A stretch of 64,000 bases of DNA from the human T2T-CHM13v2.0 reference genome, Homo sapiens. Where the stretch lies: the NCBI RefSeq assembly GCF_009914755.1, contig NC_060928.1, one strand, 5' to 3'. Position 1 is the first letter of the stretch. The number at the start of each line of letters is the position of its first letter. Below are positions 16,716 through 31,708 of the stretch, one piece after another. Both the position numbers and the translations under genes were made by a program. The notes below the pieces were generated by a model. The model worked only from the letters and a program-made list of their open reading frames with translations. It was not told where the DNA came from and made no database searches.

Positions 16716-18292
16716 AGTCTTTTGTGGTCCCCTAGGACCTTTACCAGGACTCTCCTCTTAGCGGGCTTTGAGTCTAGCTTCTCTCCCCCTGTGGCCCAGA
16801 AGTGTATTGAAAAGTCAGCTGCCTTCCTATTCCTCAATAGCTTCTTCAAGGAATTTTTGCCCACAGGCAGTATATTTTTCTTCCCAGATCCAAATCTAGC
16901 TTTTATTCTACCTTTGATTTGGTCTATCAAGTAAATAAACTGGCTTATTTAAAAATATGTCATATTCAGTGTTAACTTTAAACAAATTATAAAAGAAAGT
17001 TTGTTGTATGTATCTAAGGTACTCATGTGAATAAATGAGAAATAAGTAGGCATTAACTTGTTATCTCTTGTTTATTTATTTGTATATGTTTTGCTTGCTC
17101 GATCATCAAGTGGCTTTAATTCTTCTGAGAATATTAGTAAACTCCTTGTGTATCTGAGAGTTCTTAGAAACCTGAAGCTTCTAGTACAACTTTGCTGAAA
17201 CATGATTTGTCAGGAGAATTATAAACATTGCACATTAACCCAGTGAGAACAACCCAACTTTAAGAATTAAAGCTAAATTGCCTGATAGTGATTTCAGTAA
17301 GGCTGTTGTTTATGCACGTACACATTAGCATCCATAGTGCTACCAACTTTAAAAAATGCTCCAGATTTGAGTACACTCAGAAAGTTTCTAAGATATTGAA
17401 AACAGTATTCTTAAAGTTCCTCTGTTTTCTGAACATTCCCTAGTGTACAAGATTTTATATATTTATCCAAATGAAACGTTGACCTTCAATGTAATATTGA
17501 ATATAAGATTGCAGATAAACTATTATTACAGGTTATTCCTAATAAACTTTTAGTTGCTGAATGTTAACAATAACAATCTTTACTTTTAAAGCACTATAGA
17601 CAAAAGTGTAATTTTTATTTAGCACCAATAAATAAATGATTTAACATTTTAAAGTATTTAATAAGACTGAAACCCACAGCAAAGCTGTTCTCTGGTGTAC
17701 AATTACTGGAGAAGTTCACTAGGTCAGAGTAAAAGCGAAGAAGATGTATTTTAACATCTAATATGCAATGTACTTTTTGTTTCTTAATCAAAATGTGAAA
17801 AAGAACATAAAATACAGAATTTTATTTTCATTACAACTTAAACCAGAGTTTAACATCTATAAAATATGCTTCAAAAATTAGAAGTTTAAGAATGTCATCA
17901 CTTATATAAGACAAAAATAACACATGTATAGCCCATCTAAATCATTCTTGAAAACAGACCACACACAGCCTTACATTTTTAAGACAAGAGGGCTTTAAAA
18001 TGTAAAAGGGGAGAAAATGAGACTTAATGACATATTAGAACTAACATCCCCTGAGTATTGATTGAAAGGAAAGGTATTGTGTAATAAGGAACATGTTCTT
18101 CCAATTCTTCCATCAGTCTCAGTTTACTTTCCACTGCGTCCTAGGGTGAGAAAGTAATTAATTCTCTGTACTTATTGAATTATAAGTGTTTATGAAGCAA
18201 CAACTTGAAATGACTTCAATCCCTACTTACCGGCCATAGGAAGCAGTAGTATTGGCAGGGAGAAAGCAAGTTTGGACATAAGGACTAGACTT

Positions 18293-18516
18293 CAGGGCTG
18301 TCCAATCTTTTGGTTTCCCTGGGCCATGCTGGAAGAAGAATGGTCTTGGGCCACACATAAAAAACAAAATAACTCTGACGATAGCTGATGAGCTTTTTAA
18401 AAAATTGCAAAAATCTCAGTGTTTTAAGAAAGCTTGCTAATTTGTTTTGGGCCCAGGTTCAAAGCCATGTTGGGCCCAATTCAAAGCCATCCTGAGCCAC
18501 ATGTTGGATGACCTTG
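18293..18516 (+). mobile_element. MER30 hAT-Charlie MITE
   Basis: cagggctgtccaatcttttgg...gatagctgatgagct...gttggatgaccttg; flanking gactaga(c/g). Confidence 0.9.
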
Positions 18517-19023
18517 GACTAGAGAAAAAAACTCACTGAAGCCTCCATATTTTTTATAGTATCTTTTCTGTGGGATACTTATTAAATTAAGGTTGAGCCA
18601 TTTTTAAAAAACGTATTTTCTCTGTGAGGAAAAGCAAATCTGTCTTAATGAGTTACATGAAATTATTTGAAGTTATATGAAATCTAAGGGATTTGAAAAT
18701 TTCAAAAAGATTTAAAGGAAATACATCAGAATTTTGGTTGCATTTCAGTTAACAGATTTATTTATCTAGATTTTTGAATAAAGTGTTTTTGAATACTTAA
18801 TTCAGAATTGATGATCTGCCCATGACCTTAATAAAATTTCCTGGTTTCATGGCAATGGCAAAAACAGTTTCTAGGTACTTGGGTGAGACACATACTAGCA
18901 GGTGTAGAAGTAGTAATAAAAATAATGATTTATTATCAGAACAACACTTCTTACACCTATTCACCAATTTTCTTTCAGGATATCCCCATAATATTATTAT
19001 TCCTAAATAGCAAATAAAGAAAA

Positions 19024-19239
19024 TAAGCCAAATGCAAGTCAAGTCACTTTATATCTTCCTCATCCTTCCATTCATTTCCTCATTCGTTCATTCATTACCC
19101 TCCTTGTTTCTTAAACATCAAATGGTGCCTTGAGGCATTAAACAAGTTGATAAAATAAAACAAAAGCATGAATACTTGACATATTTCTCTCATCACTAAG
19201 ACAACATGCCAGTTAGTCAATTAAAAAACAAAAATAAAT
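19024..19239 (+). repeat. Local duplication, copy 1 (~215 bp)
   Basis: Collinear with 20016-20529 once the Alu is removed. Confidence 0.92.
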
Positions 19240-19890
19240 GTATCAAAACACGTGGTATTATGTGGAGAAGACTTGATCCCAAATGTTCCCTTTTCTCGAA
19301 GTTATTTGCTGTTGTCCATACTATCCACGCTATCCAAGTTTACCTGGATAAATAGAATGCAATCAGAATTATGTTGAAGCTAATTTATTGATAAAATATA
19401 TACCAAAATGTATTACAAACATAAAACTTCATGAGGTCAGTATTATTAATTTCAAATTTTGGGTTTTTTTCTAACATTAAATTATTTAAAACTTTTATTT
19501 AAAAATGCCACATTCAGGTAAAAGGTAGTATGTCTTAGATGGGAAAATTTCAGCAGTAGATATTTCAGAATACAATGGTTGTAGAAAAAGGGATTATGAG
19601 TTTATTTATGTGCAGATATACAGTTATGTTTTTAAAATCTAGATTATAAAACTGATATAAAATTCGAGTTTAACAACATATCTTATTAAGATAAGAATCT
19701 TAATGCACTATGAAAAGAAAAACAAAACAAAGCCCAGATAACAGGTTTCTTTTGGTAGTGATCTACAAGGTATTAGGGATATGATTTCCCTCTTGTTCTG
19801 CTGTCTCTCTGTCCCTCAGTGATTACAGGTAGAGCATCACTTCAATAACTCTTCCAGTCAGTATTGGTGGTGTCAGCCAGTCTGACCTGA

Positions 19891-20529
<639 letters not shown>

Positions 20530-21575
20530 TCAGAGTACCTCTTTCACATGTTAAACTCATTGGATTATTTAAATACTAAGTGATTTAACATAGTTTTTCT
20601 GAGCATTTCACACACAAAACATTTTTTTTTTCCACATGAGACCATTACTTCTGAATTTTAAGGAATTTCATATGGTGCATGTTTGAGGAATTTCGTATGG
20701 TGCCTGCTGTAATAGGATCTTGGCTTATTTGCATTTGTTGATCAGATGCAACTAGGTATAGAGATTGGATGAGGGAAGAGTAAAGTAAAATTACAGAAAA
20801 CTTTTAAGGCTTCCCAAGTTTGTTACCGTTTGATAGTATTAGAAACAATGTCACTGTAATTTCCATTTTCAGGCCTATGTATAGTGTTAATAAGATTCTT
20901 GCCATGAGTCTCTTTACTATTTATAGATTAGTAGGAGCCATTTTTATGGCAATCCAAAGCTCTCTGTTAAACTTAAAACACTGTATAAAATGAGTTGAAA
21001 AGATTATTAATAATCTTACACAGAATGATGTCCTTCAGTTCAAAGATGTTACCAGTATTAACAGTGGCACTTGTTTTAAAAGAGTAAATATCCTACTCTT
21101 GTTTTTCATTAGAACTCTAAGCAAGACTACAAACAAAGTTTTCATTGCAATAATAAATCTTTTTGAAAGGGTTTTCTGAAACCACTGGATTTACATACTT
21201 TACATTTGCCCTACCTAAGTTTACGGTAAGGAGCCAAATTCATTTAGCATAAATATTACAACCCATGAATCCAGACATACAGCAATTTATGGGGGACATT
21301 AGTCTTCTTATTATAGAAAACGTTTGTTTAAATAATGTGAATAACTACCAATGTTTATTATAATTTTATATTTTTTCCTTATTCATCTCTAATAACAATT
21401 TCCGTTACTTCTTAAATCATCCCCGGGTTAAGAGAACATAGGCATTTGTAAGTAGCAAGTATTACAAAAACAAATAAGATTTTTTACAAAAAGAGAAACA
21501 TCAAATTTCCTGTTAGGCTCACTGACCATGCTCTCTAGTGTCACTCTAGTTCCTCTTTATAAGCATACGTACTTA

Positions 21576-21942
<367 letters not shown>

Positions 21943-22080
21943 TTATAAAAAATACAAAGTGTTAACTTTAGAAATTAAGAGTTTTTGAATGCTGAACAAC
22001 ACATTCCATTTAAATAACGTTAATAGAAACAGATTTTGAAGCCTCTAACATCATGGTGCATTAAGAGCATAAGAGAAACG

Positions 22081-22389
<309 letters not shown>

Positions 22390-22654
22390 TCACCGAGCAT
22401 GTAGCTGCCCAGAGCCTCCTCCCTACATCATGTGTGTAGCTTGTTCCATATTGTGAAGGGTGTGTATATGTATATGTGCACACACTGGCACACAAATTCG
22501 TATGCATTTGTCTTACTAAAGTGTTTTTGTCTCCCCTACGGTCTTTAACTGCCTGGTTGAACCCCTTCTGAGACCACTACTCTGTTTGAAGGGATCTTGC
22601 CAGCCTCTCCCTAGAATTGCATCTCTGATTCTGTTTCTTCTCAGATACACATTC

Positions 22655-22826
22655 TTAATTGAAGCTAGGACTTAACACAGTCCTAAAAATTACCATTAAT
22701 TAGGACCATTAAAAGCCAAAACATCTTCCTGCCTTAGGATTGGGTCCTTTAATTGAAGCTAGGACTTAACCCTAAAAGTTCCCAATGATTAGGACCATTA
22801 AAATCCAAAATATCTTCCTGCCCTAG
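22655..22826 (+). repeat. Near-tandem duplication of ~80-bp unit
   Basis: ttaattgaagctaggacttaac...ttaggaccattaaaa.ccaaaa.atcttcctgcc at 22655-22737 and 22749-22826. Confidence 0.9.
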
Positions 22827-23510
22827 CCTTTCCTTGACCTGAAATTACCTTTGCTAAAATTGACCTGCAATGTATTTCTTAATATATTTTCTGTTACTCG
22901 TTATATAATGGAGTAAGATTGTGGTGGGAAGAAACAGACTCAGGAATGTGTTGACATTTGCAAGGTTTAGAATCTAGATGAGGCATGAACTTGAATTCTG
23001 GAGCTTCTTGTGGTAGCCTGATTTAACATAGTTAAAGGCCAACATAAAATTAATACTGGCAGACTTGAGGCACAATAGTACTGGTGATGCTGTGAGTGAG
23101 TGGTAGAGAAGGAGTGGTCTCTTGAGCCCATTGATGAAGCCTGGCGGTCTGGGGAAGTGAATCTAAGTCCAAGTGTACAGAATTCATACTTAACCTCTTT
23201 GGAAAAGGGCAGACTCCTCCACATCAGAGCTACTCCTTGACCTCTGTGAGTTCCTGATATTCTGGGTCAGTAAATAGATGATATAGATACAGATATAGAC
23301 ATAGTCATAGGCATAGACATAGAGCCTGGTTAGGAGTATGAAGTAGATCCAAATCCTGATTTTTAAATATAAAATAATGTTAATTACATTATGCAAAATG
23401 ATTTTTATGCAGTATACATTTGGAAAATTTAATGACCCACAGAAATTGATTTTCAGAATCATTGATAACATCATTGTTTTGGATTTATGAAAGGAACATA
23501 GCAGTAATGA

Positions 23511-23861
<351 letters not shown>

Positions 23862-25562
23862 GATATACTCAGAGTTCTAATGTTTTATCTGTTATCTTTT
23901 CATATAAATCCAGAGCTATATACAGATTAGTTAATCCCATGGCAGAATGTATAAAAATATCTGCTTTCATGTAGTTTTTATTTTATGTGGAATATTTACC
24001 TAAACCAGGATTTAGTTTTCATCTTTACTAAATTTTTCAGATATACATATGTATGTATGTATTTACTTAATTATAAAACATGTTCTAAGGAAGTAAAAGA
24101 TATCTTTGGATGCCTTTGCAGAACGTAGAACTACTTTTGTTTAATTCTGTGCCCTTACATATTTTTTGTTTTTCTTAATTCATAATGTGGAACAAGGCCT
24201 TCTTTTTTTCTCTGTTCCAAATTTTGAGGTAAGAGGTATGGCAATTCACATATTATGATTGTTTTAGAGATGAACTTAAATTCACAGGGCTTTAATAAAC
24301 ATCAGCCCTGAATAAACTGAATATGTAAAACACTAGCACTGATTACTCTATTCCAAAAGGAAAGTCCACATTTTCTATGTTAATACATTTTCTACTGCAA
24401 TTATTTCATATGGTACTCAGAATCATGCGGGAAGTTGCATTTCTTTTCTCTACTCTTCCTGTATGTCATCTTGGGAGCCCAAGCGAATTTTATATTCAAA
24501 AGAGCAATTTATGCTACTTATTAATACATGTTTTTTAACAATCTTTAGGGATAATAAGTTGACATAGCTGAGAGTAGCTGAGGGACTGATGGCATACGCA
24601 ATCTGTTAAAACATTTCTTTGAAGAGAAAGCTTGTGCTTGACCATGGTTGCTCGGTGGAGAGTGCTCCTATGCATACCACAAGCTTGGCCTTCAGTTTGG
24701 AATAGCTCTTTTCATTGTTTGAGTTTGGTTGCACTGAGAAGGCAAGCTTGTTACTTTACTGTAAAAAATAAAGTGCTTGTCCAAGCTTGTTGCATGTTGG
24801 CAGTTGAGAGGCTGCTCTTTTGCTGGCTGGAACGTGGACAACTTTTTAACCTCTCCAAGGCAACGTAGCTGTGACAAGATGTCAGTTACCTTCAAAAAGT
24901 AAATAAATCACAGCCTTTGAGTTTCAGCATAATAATAAAGATCCAATGTCCTCACATGAGTTTCTCATTCCACAATTTTGAATCATATTTTTTTGTGGCA
25001 AATGCTCTACCTTCAAAGTAAAGCGTTTTAAAAATACAGTTTAGAGAGCCAGGTTCCCTGAGAGGAAGATTATTAACTCACAAGGAAAGAACAGTGAATT
25101 ATCTTTAATAAAATAAGCTAAGAAACAAAAACATTAAAGTTTTGTTTGAAATTTAACCTTCCTTGCCTATGTTCTTTACCAAATCAGGAAATACTAGTGT
25201 AGCTGTAGTGTGAACATCCTTGTATTTAAGAGAGTGAATTTAAATGTTTCAAATACTTTGTAAGACAATTAAACATTTGCTATATGTAAGTTCACCTTAG
25301 ACTTACAAATTTCCAGGAATTATTCTAAATTCATTCTATAGAACACTACCTGACAAGTTGGAAAATATGGACGTAAGAGTCTTTATGGCTTAACTGTGTT
25401 AACTGGCTGATGTTTAACAACAATCTACGTTTCCCAAGTTTCACTCCAAACCCGTAAGTTGTACTGTTTCAGAACATCGACAAAAACACCAATCACTAGA
25501 TGAATAGAGATATTTGATTGAAAACAAACTGTTCTACAAATATATTAAGCTTGAATTTGCTA

Positions 25563-26024
<462 letters not shown>

Positions 26025-26966
26025 GTGAATAAGAATATACAAAACAATAATAATAACAGAAACAGTGCATTAGATGAAAGTTCAAAGTCTTTTGTGGCTG
26101 ATTGAAAAATGTAATAGGACTGCTAATGCCTTTTATGGAAAGAAGCAATATAAACTAGTAATTTAATGCTTTACTCCATTTCTACATAGCATCTTTTAAA
26201 ATTTATTTTTAGTATATCTTGTCTTAGTGGTTTATGCTGGGGTTAATATTCTGGAGATAATATTACATCAGAATTCTATATCACACATTTTGTTTTTCAC
26301 TGTTTAAGAAAGGTAAGTAAATAATACTTCAGAACAGTGATCTCTGAACTTTTTCATTGCATATACCTGAGTACTTTTTAGCATATACTACTAATATGTG
26401 CATATTTATTTATTTTATTATATGCAGGTTTTATGCAATGTATATAAACATATAAAACAGGAATTTAAAAGGATGTGATTTTATGTCTTAAAAATCTATT
26501 CTAATAATTTTATGGCCAGCAGATGACTTTTTTCTTTCCTCTTATTTTGTAACTTTTAATTTTGACATATGATACGTACACATAAAGTTGAAAAAAATAG
26601 TACATAGTACCCCATAAGCCATAGCCCAGCACCCCCAATGGTGATATCTTATATCTGTAGAACAATATCAAAACCAGGAAATTGTCATTAGTACAATATT
26701 ATTAATTAGACTACATAGCTTATTCAGTTCTTATCAGTTTTTACCTGCACTCTCATGTTTTTCTGTGTGTGCAATGCAATTTGACCCCTATTACAGATTC
26801 ATATAATCACTACTACAATCAAGGTAGAGCATTATATATTTGATCACCACAAGGAAACTCTCTTGTGTACTCCTTTATAGTTGGATTCTCCCATCTTCTT
26901 TTCTCTGTCCTCTGGCAACCACTAGTCTGTGTCCATCTCCACAGTTTTGTCATTCTAAAAATGTCA

Positions 26967-27132
<166 letters not shown>

Positions 27133-27246
27133 AAAATGTCACATAAATACAATCATGCAATGAGTATTAATCTTCCAAGATTGGCTTTTATCACTAAGCA
27201 CGTTGTTCTTTAGATCTAGCCAAGCTGTATGTATCAATAGTTGTAC

Positions 27247-27669
27247 TTTTTTTTTTTTTTAGAAGGAATTCTTGCTCTTATCGCCCAGGCTGGAGTGCAG
27301 TGGCATGATCTCAGCTCACTGCAACCTCCGCTCCCAGGTTCAAGTGATTCTCCTGCCCCAGCCTCCTGAGTAGCTGGGATTACAGGTGCGCTCCACCACG
27401 CCCAGCTAATTTTTGTATTTATTTATTTATTTGAGACGGAATCTTGCTCTGTCACCCAGGCTAGAGTCCAATGGCGCAGTCTTGGCTCACTGCAACCTCC
27501 GCCTCCTGGGTTCAAGTGATTCTCCTGCCTCAGCCTCCTGAGTAGCTGGGATTACAGGCACCCACCACCGTGTTGGCCAGGCTGGTCTTGAACTCCTGAC
27601 CTCAGGTGATGCACCTGCCTCGGCCTCCTAAAGTGCTGGGATTATAAGCGTGAGCCACTGCGCCCAGCC
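27247..27669 (-). mobile_element. Trimeric Alu (left-right-right arms)
   Basis: Two right arms then one left arm on the plus read; single TSD agttgtac on both flanks. Confidence 0.9.
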
Positions 27670-27874
27670 AGTTGTACCTTTTTTATTCCTGAGTAGTTAC
27701 ACTGCTTTATGGATGTACCAGAGTTTAACCATTTATCTGTCTAAGGACATTTAGGTTGTTTCCAGTTTTGGACTATTATGAATAAAGCTGCTGTGACCAT
27801 CCACATACAAACTTTTATGTGAACATAAGTTTTCATTTCTTTAGAATAAAGAGTACAATTGTTGAATCATATGA

Positions 27875-28358
27875 TATATTAGTTTCCTGTTGCTGCTATA
27901 ACAAATTACCACAGGCTGGAAGCTTAAACAACACAAATGTATCACAGTTGTATAGCTTAACAATCCAACATATGTCTCATCGGGCTAAAATCAAAGTGTT
28001 GGCAAGGTTGCATTCCTTTCTGAAGGCTTTAGAGAAGAATCTATTCCTTTCCTAGTTTCTCCTGTTATTCTTGGCTTGTAGTCTCTTCCTTCATCTTCAA
28101 AGGAGCAATGTTGCATCTCTCTGTGCCTTTCCTTCGAAGTCACATCTTCATCTGCTAACTTTCTTCTGCCTCCCTTTTCCACTTTTAATTCTTGTGTAAT
28201 GTTACATAAGGTAGTTCTGTTTTAAGGTCAACTGATCAACGACCTGGATTTCATCTACGACCTTTATTTCTCTTTGCTATGTAAAGTAACATATTTTCAG
28301 GTTCCAGGGGTTAGAATATGAACATCTAGGGGTTGGTAATGTTGTTCTGCCTACTGCA
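27875..28358 (-). mobile_element. MLT1 (MaLR) solo LTR, MLT1D-like
   Basis: tatattagtttcctgttgctgctataacaaattaccaca...ttctgcctactgca; 5-bp TSD tatga. Confidence 0.88.
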
Positions 28359-28911
28359 TATGATAAATTCATGTTTAGTTCTATTTTAGAAACTACCAAA
28401 CTATCTTCCAGAGTGGCATGTGACTTTATATTCCCACCAGTAATGAATGAGAAATCTAGTTTCTCTACATCCCTGCCAGCATTTCATATTCTAGTAGGTA
28501 TGTAGTGATACCTCATTGTGATTTTAATTTGCATTTCTCTAATGGTTAATGATGTTGAACTTTTTTTATGTGCTTCTTTGCCATACATATTTCTTCTTTG
28601 GTGAAATGTCCGCTCATGACTTTTGCACATTTTCCTTTGGATATGTGGTTTATACAAGTCCTCTGAATATGTGGTTTGCAAATATTTTCTCTCATTCTGT
28701 AGCTTGTTTTTAATTCTCTTAACAGGGACTTTTGCTTGTGAGAAACCTTATAAAATTTCAGTTCTTGCCTTACATGAGTGATGCCACATGCTACAGTCAT
28801 GAATATCTCATAGGGTTTTAAAGAAAACATTCATATGAGACAGTAGTCATTACTTAAAGCTGTGTTTGAAGTAAGACTTTGTGCTGATTTGGATGTAGTT
28901 AGAGTTGGACC

Positions 28912-29110
28912 CAGTGATGTGCTTGAACTGGCTCTTCCCAGTTTGCAAGAGGCATGTTCTGAAGTCCAAGAATGTTGCAAGTTAGTTTTTAAACAGTCAG
29001 TAGCCATGTTGGGAGTATGTATACAATGGAAATTGGCAATCACTATAAATCAGTGCTCCCCTCCTCACTGGAGAGTGGGTAGTTAAATATTTACCAACTC
29101 TCTACCAGTG
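28912..29110. mobile_element. MER63A-like hAT MITE
   Basis: cagtgatgtgcttgaactggctc...gccatgttgggagtatgtatacaatggaaattggcaa...gttaaatatttacca. Confidence 0.7.
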
Positions 29111-29324
29111 AGACTGGCAAAGAATTTGTCAAGAAATTGAGTATTTTTTTCCTTTAAGTCAGTGCCCATTGAGATATATCATAAATAAATATGTCAGGGT
29201 ATTCTCTTCACCAGCTTATAATATTTGCTTTGTATTTTTTGCTATTTTATTTTTATTTGTGTTTCATCAATTTTGTCCTGTTCTAATTACAATTTTTCAG
29301 AATGTCAGGGAGTACAGTGGTATA

Positions 29325-29905
29325 TAAGTAGTATAGTTTAATGGTGTAGATTAGACCATACATTTCAGAATCAGATAGACTTAGCTTACATCCCACCTCA
29401 ATTTAGTAGCTGTATGAACCTGGCAATATTGTCTTATATGTAAAATTATGACAGTTATTATACATAATGCAGTCAGCCCCCCAAATTTACAGGTTTCAAA
29501 TCCGTGGATTCAACGAATCAAGGGTCAAAAAAAATTTTAAGAAAAAAAAACAGTAAAAAATAATGCAACAATCAAAAATTTAAATGTTAACACAAATGTT
29601 GACAATACAGTATAGTAACTATTTACATGGCATTTACATTGTGTTAGCTATTACAAGCAATCTAGAGATGATTTTAAGTATAGGGAGGATATGCAGAGGT
29701 CATACGCAAATAACTACACCATTTTATATAAAAAGGACTTGAGCATCTGTGGAATTTGGTATCCTGGTGGGGGTTAGGGAGGGGATTGGAACCAATCCTC
29801 TGCAGATACCAAGACAACTGTATATACTTTGTAAAGCTTGTATAAGATGATACTCATAAAGCATTTAACAGATAATGTCTCAATAAGTGTTTTAATTGTT
29901 ATATC
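29325..29905 (+). mobile_element. MIR interrupted by a Tigger MITE
   Basis: MIR 5' part 29325-29460 and 3' part 'taaagcatttaacagataatgtctcaataagtg'. Confidence 0.55.
29470..29820. mobile_element. Tigger3a/MER2-like TcMar MITE
   Basis: cagtcagccc...tccgtggattcaac...aatctagagatgattt..ggacttgagcatc...gataccaagacaactg. Confidence 0.85.
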
Positions 29906-31374
29906 ATTACAACTATCACCATTATAATCTCAACAGGGAAAGCCTTTCATAATCACAGCTGATTAAAATACCTTTTTAGTATTCAGGCATCCCCTGCTTA
30001 ACACTTAATATCCTAGGAAATCAGATGTCCTACTTGAAAATTCTAACCAGGAACCCATTCCCCCAAATCCCCAACCAATTTCCTAAAAGCTAACTAAATG
30101 CAGTGAAATATTTTTAAAGTAATAAATTATAATTTGGGGATGTAAAATGCTTAAACAGTGGTTTCCTGATGACCTAACAAATCTAGCCTTAAGGAACCAT
30201 TGCTAGGTTGATACACTCAGAGGACTTTTCGAAATGTCTACACATGATCAGACCTTTCTACCAGTTGTGTTTGGAATGTAACAGGAGACTTCCCTCCATA
30301 CATTCTTTTGTTTAAAATGTTATGTTAAATTTGAGGAATGTAAGTATAAATTTTTCCCATATAAACATCAGCAGGAAAATGTTGAATTTAGAGACATATA
30401 TTGCCTGAGTTATGGGTGTTAAAACCAAGAGGAATTCTATCAGAAAATGTTAACCACGGAGACTCTGTAAGTGTGCCCGATTTTTATTTCCTGGTTTATT
30501 TACTAGATGAAGTGGATATAACTAACAGGAAAACACCTGATTAGTGCTGCAGACTCTGTGTTCTTATTTAATTCTCATACAACTTTGGAAGTTAAAAGAC
30601 CTTAAATTAATTTTGCAAAGCTGTACAACTCCTTCATTTCTGAGTTGAAATTCAGTTCTACTGCAGTAGCTAATAGCTGTCCAGGAACAGCTATTAGAAA
30701 ACTGGAAAAGCATCAAGGAAAGCCTACTGAAGTGTGTTTTCCTTTCGATCCAGTGTCTTCTTTTCTAGTAAATGTCCTGTCTATCCCCCCTTCCCCTATA
30801 GGAAGTTTTCTTCTCTTTCTTCAGATGCTATTATATGAGATACAATTTATAAATTCTTTTTTTTCTCATCTGACAGTAGCTTTTTTCTATACAATCAGTT
30901 ACCTTTCACTGTGTTTTTCACCCATCCTTTTTAAAATATTTCTGATGTCAGGATTTGCTGCAAAAGAATTAACGAAAAGTATCAAGAAGTTTGCTAGAGC
31001 TTTCTTTCTACTCTTGCTTCTCTCATGGAATCAAGTGGAAAATTGGGCTTTCTTATTTTATTTCATTCACTGAGTAACTACTCACAAGAATGTCTACTTC
31101 AGTAAGGTAGTTGAACCAAGCATATCCTGACAGCCTCATGGAAGCAATGAATCTTTTAATTTATATTAGAGAGGAAAACGAATTAATGAGGAAGAAAATC
31201 ATAAGTAGATGGTTAGGCATTCTAGAGAATTATATTTAAAATTAGCTACTAGGTCACTTCTGCATCAGTTGTTCTACGTAAAAGTGATAGGGTATCCCCT
31301 CAAATGTTAAGTCACATTCTGGCCATCCTTTTTCATAGGTTGCACTCAAATTACTTTCAGGTTAGTTGTGTTTC

Positions 31375-31708
31375 CTTTTTTTTTTTTTTTTTTTTTTGTG
31401 AGACACGGTCTAGCTCTGTCGTCTGGGGTGGAGTGTAGTGGCACAAGGCTGGAGTGTAGTGGCGCAATCACACGGCACATTGCCACCTCTGCCACCTGGA
31501 CGCAAGCCATCCTCCCACTTCAGCCTCCTGGGTAGCTAGGACTACAGGCACACGCCACCACACCCAGCTAATTTTTGGTTTAGTTTGTTTTGTTTTGGTA
31601 GAAATGAGTTTCGCCATGTTACCCAGGGTGGTCTCGAACTCCTGGACTCAAGTGATCCTGGCCTCCCAAAGTGCTGAAATTACAGGTGTGAGCCACCACG
31701 CCTAGCCC
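31375..31708 (-). mobile_element. AluJ-like with small internal duplication
   Basis: tggagtgtagtggc repeated twice; TSD agttgtgtttc (31364-31374, 31709-31719). Confidence 0.93.

Noticed and set aside
16670-16934. Overlapping opposite-strand ORFs of 84-86 aa
   Set aside because: Partly within MER3; no known motif; length compatible with chance
20657-20706. 25-bp tandem duplication (similar ones at about 1847, 18449, 45176 and 54672)
   Set aside because: Two-copy slippage duplications; no spacer structure, so not CRISPR-like or otherwise special
22440-22510. Short U6 snRNA-like words (gttccatatt, acacaaattcgt)
   Set aside because: Too short and in the wrong order for a U6 pseudogene
29768-29790. 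GGGTTAGGG telomere-like word
   Set aside because: Single unit within a Tigger MITE; not an interstitial telomeric array
30645-31073. 142-aa ORF outside recognised repeats
   Set aside because: Non-ATG start, F/L/S-rich composition expected from T-rich DNA, no recognisable domain or splice context
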